The notes under the pieces: generated by a model
Databases searched by the model: none
Told to the model about the DNA's origin: nothing
What the model saw: only the letters and a program-made list of their open reading frames with translations
Origin: Narcine bancroftii
Lineage: Eukaryota
Direction of reading: 5' to 3'
Assembly: GCF_036971445.1 (NCBI RefSeq)
Contig: NC_091480.1
Coordinates: 81,902,001 to 81,966,000, forward strand
DNA length: 64,000 nt
Shown here: positions 60,276-64,000 of the stretch, piece by piece
How positions within the stretch are numbered: position 1 is the stretch's first letter
How the letters are laid out: every line of letters starts with the position of its first letter
Translations under genes and position numbers: made by a program

Positions 60276-63200
60276 ATGGCAGTCACTGGAGCTGAATTTC
60301 TAGCACTTCGCAGTGTTCCTCATTTTGACCCAACGGGCGATGCAAGCACTGTGAGTGTGAAGTGGAAGGCATGGCTTGAAGAGTTCGACGCTTACGCCGA
60401 CAGTCATGGCCTATTTCTTGATGGGAGCACGGCGGAGCAGAAAGCGCAGCGGAGGGCGTTACTTCTCTTCACCGCAGGACCTGCAGTTTGGGAAACTTTT
60501 AAGACGCTTTCAAATACTGGAAGGAAGGAGGAATACCAGAAAGCTGTAGATGCATTGAATGCACACTATGTGGTGACGCCGAATGCCACGTTTCAACACC
60601 ATTTGTTTTGCAAAACAATACAGGAAGATGGGGAAACGGTCGCCCAGTACATGACGAGATTGCGACAACTGGCTGTTGGATGCAATTACGTGGCAGCTGA
60701 TTTGGACAACCAGTTATTGGATCAAGTCGCGCAGCACTGCAGATTAGACAAACTCAGAAGGCGATTGCTGGAAAAAGGGGGTGAGTTGAAACTTACCAAT
60801 GCTTTAGCAATTGCTGCTGCATTAGAGGCTGTTGAGGGGCAATTTCATACCATGAAATTGAAAGACAACTCAAGCCAGCCCAGTAAAGACAAAGTTGGTC
60901 AACAAGTAAATAGGCTCTCACATAGCCATAGCCAGCCAAGAAATATGCCGACACGTGACTTGGAGTGTTACAGATGTGGAGACAAAGGTCATTTTGGAAA
61001 AGACCCATGCTGCCCAGCAAAAGGCAAAGTTTGTAGAAATTGTGGAGGTAAAGACCATTTTGCAAAGAAGTGCAAAAGCAAGTCAAATGCAAACCAGAAT
61101 GGGAAGAGTACAGCTTCTAAGGGCAAAGCTTGGGGGAAAGGAAAGTCTCCTGGAAAGAAAGGCACTATTCGCCATATAGAAGGTGACCCAGAAAGTGACA
61201 ATGATGTCGACAACCAGGATGGGCAGAAATACTATCAGTTTACATTGAATGATGACCATCATGAGAAAGTCTCAGTGATAATTGGTGGTGTGACAGTTCC
61301 GGTCATTGTAGACTCAGGCAGTGACAGTAATGTAATTGACCGACACTTATAGGAGAAATTGAAAAAAATATATCATTTGTACGTCAAAGAAGTGTTCAAA
61401 TAAACTGTATCCATACACAGCAACTAAGCCATTGCAGACCATTGGATGTTTCACTGCGACTGTTGGAGCTGGTGACAAGCACACCGAAGCAGAGTTTGTT
61501 GTCATAGACGAGAGGGGAGAACCATTGCTGAGTAGACACACGGCGCAAGATCTGGCAATACTTCTTCCTTTTTATGATAGTTTGCCTTTCAAAATAGCTA
61601 GAGACTATTTTATATATTTAGGGATTAAGATTACTAAAAAACATAAAGATTTGTTTAGGACTAATTTTTTCCCTCTATTGGACCTGATCGGTAGTTTACT
61701 TACCAATTGGTCACCATTATCCCTATCTATGATAGGCCGAATTAATGCTATTAAGATGACGATCTTACCTAAATTTTTATATATATTCCAAGCTATACCT
61801 ATTTTTGTTCCTAAATCTTTTTTTGATAAGGTCGATTCTAAATTGTCTTCATATATCTGGCAAAACAAGAATCCTAGATTGGGAAAAAAATATTTACAGA
61901 AATCTAAACTAGAGGGAGGGTTGGCATTACCCAACTTAAGAATTTATTATTGGGCAATTAATATTAGTTACTTAAGGTATTGGTTGAATTATTCAGAATT
62001 ATCTCTAAATCCCCATTGGGTAAATTTAGAAATTAAACCGATACAAAATTTTTCAATTAGCTCTATTTTGGGAGCTGCTCTCCCTTTTACTCTTACTAAA
62101 TTATATAAACAAATTGATAATCCAATGGCTAAACATACACTACATATATGGTTTCAATTCCGGAGATTTTTTGGCCTAAGTCATTTTATCTTGGAAACCC
62201 CTATTGTACTAAATTTCTTTTTTCATCCCTCTCTAATTGATCAAGCTTATTTACTCTGGAAAGTTAAAGGTATAACATGCTTTTCGGATTTATTCTTGGA
62301 TAACTCTTTCATGTCATTTGAACAATTATCCATGAAATATGATTTACCTAGATCTCATTTCTTTCGATATTTGCAGATTAGGAGTTTCTTAGTTTCGACT
62401 TTACCCTCTTTTCCCAATCGGGAGACTACGACTGTTTTAGAGGATATACTATATTCAAAATTCCCTCCAAAAGGTGTGATATCTAAATTATATAATATAA
62501 TTACAAAAATAAATTCTGGGATTTTTGGAAAGTTTAAAAATGATTGGGAAAGAGAACTCAACCTTCATATTTCCAATGAAAATTGGAATAAAATTCTGCG
62601 ACTGGTAAACTCCTCTTCTCTATGTGCAAAACATTCACTGATACAGTTTAAAGTTGTTCATAGAGCTCATATGTCTAAAGATAAACTCCATCGTTTTTAT
62701 TTTCATATCGATCCTATATGTGATAAATGTCAATTGGAAATAGCTTCCCTTACACATATGTTTTGGTCCTGTCCCTCTTTACAGAATTATTGGAAGGAAA
62801 TTTTTTCCATTATATCTACCATTTTGAATATTGATTTACAACCACATCCCATTACTGCAATTTTTGGATTACCTATGATAGATTTGACTTATTTATCTAT
62901 TCCTGCGGATCGTATGATTGCTTTTCTTACACTAATGGCTAGAAGATCTATACTATTGAATTGGAAAGAGGTTAATCCTCCCACTGTTTTCCAATGGTTT
63001 ACCCAAACTATACTATGTTTAAATTTAGAGAAAATTAGAAACTCTGTCTATGAATCTCCTTCTAAGTTTGAGTTAACCTGGTGACCATTTATTCAATATT
63101 TTCATTTGTGGTGAGTTGATCTGGCTCTGTTTTCTTTTTATGATTATGTATGATAATTGGGCTGTTAGATGAGATCGGAGTGATCGGCGTGATTTAGCTA

Positions 63201-64000
63201 TATCGGTAGGTTTGTTTTTTCTAAGTTTTTAATTCACATTTGTTTTTTCTTCCTTTTTGGGGTTTTTTTTTCTCTCCTTTTTTATATATTTTTATTAATT
63301 ATATCATTTTTTTTAGAGATAGTTCATACTCTAAACTGATCTAAAAAATTTTTTTATGATATATTTTTATTCTGCAATATTATTGTTTAATATCTCTGTA
63401 TTAATTCGTTATTTACTATGTATTTTTCATATCTCTTTGAACTGTATGAGTTTATAAATTATAATAATAATAAAAAGATTGGAAAAGAAAGAAAGATCTG
63501 GCAATACTTCATATTGGAGCTCGTGTCAATTCATTTCAGTCATACGAGGATATGAAGCAAGAATTCCCCGCCGTTTTCCAGGGAGTAGGAAAGATGAAAG
63601 GTCGACAACTAAAGCTAGCAGTGGACAAAACGGTTAAACCCAAGGCGCAACCAGTGCGCAGAACCCCTTTTGGACTTCGTGGGAAAGTTGAGGCCAAAAT
63701 CAAAGAGTTGATTGAGCAAGACATTATTGAACCTGTAGAACATTCAACGCAATGGGTCAGCCAAGTAGTGATCGTGCCCAAACCAAATGGTGACATGAGA
63801 TTGTGTGTTGATATGAGGATGGCCAATGAAGCTATAATTCGAGAACGACACCCCATACCAACAGTAGAAGTAGTACTCCAGGAGTTAACAACCAGTCAGG
63901 TGTTCTCAAAAATCGATTTAAAATGGGGCTATCATCAACTAGAGCTGGACCCAGAATCCAGGGACGTGACAACATTTGTGACTCACTGTGGATTGTACCG
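60276..64000 (+). mobile_element. Ty3/Gypsy gag-pro-pol, disabled, continuing beyond the window
   Basis: Gag with two Cys/His knuckles (CYRCGDKGH..., CRNCGGKDHFAKKC). Protease IVDSGS. Stop at 61350-61352 and a frameshift. RT N-terminus resumes after 63510 (VPKPNGDMRLCVDMRMAN...FSKIDLKWGYHQ...TTFVTHCGLY). Confidence 0.92.
61565..63492 (+). mobile_element. Young 5'-truncated L1-clade LINE nested in the Gypsy element
   Basis: Exact 18-bp TSD AAGATCTGGCAATACTTC (61547-61564, 63493-63510). About 500 uninterrupted codons of ORF2 C-terminus (YLGI, GGLALPNL, CDKC...HMFWSC). T-rich 3' UTR and AATAAA. Confidence 0.95.

Noticed and set aside
61432-63084. 550-aa ORF as a novel host gene
   Set aside because: It is fully explained as a Gypsy protease tail plus an L1 ORF2 C-terminus joined at a TSD.

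Overview
Vertebrate genomic DNA, most likely a cartilaginous fish (shark or ray). That taxon call is an inference from the repeat landscape (dense CR1, HE1/V-type tRNA SINEs, Penelope-type hairpin repeats). Three spliced host genes can be rebuilt exon by exon with canonical GT-AG sites and consistent phases: PGAP3 (+, 8 coding exons, 5224..30083, 322 aa), PNMT (-, 3 exons, 36568..32893, about 268 aa) and TCAP/telethonin (-, 2 exons, 58689..57513, 159 aa). Their order and orientation match the mammalian ERBB2-PGAP3-PNMT-TCAP-STARD3 block. The rest is largely transposon-derived: a full-length decayed L1 in PGAP3 intron 3, a second older L1, CR1 and Rex1 fragments, four young 5'-truncated RTE copies, hAT and Tc1/mariner MITEs, SINEs, and a Gypsy LTR element interrupted by a young L1. 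Large C-rich tandem arrays flank PGAP3 exon 1, and there is one 351-N gap. I found no convincing new protein-coding system. The best leads are: a 154-bp duplicated PNMT promoter-proximal block, an RTE insertion with a ~100-bp target duplication, an inverted duplication of an L1 5' junction, a perfect 61-bp hairpin with a hammerhead-like core, two L1s inserted at the same CAAGATC motif, a composite hAT element, and an apparent 6-aa deletion in telethonin. Comparisons with human proteins and repeat families are from memory, not from searches.
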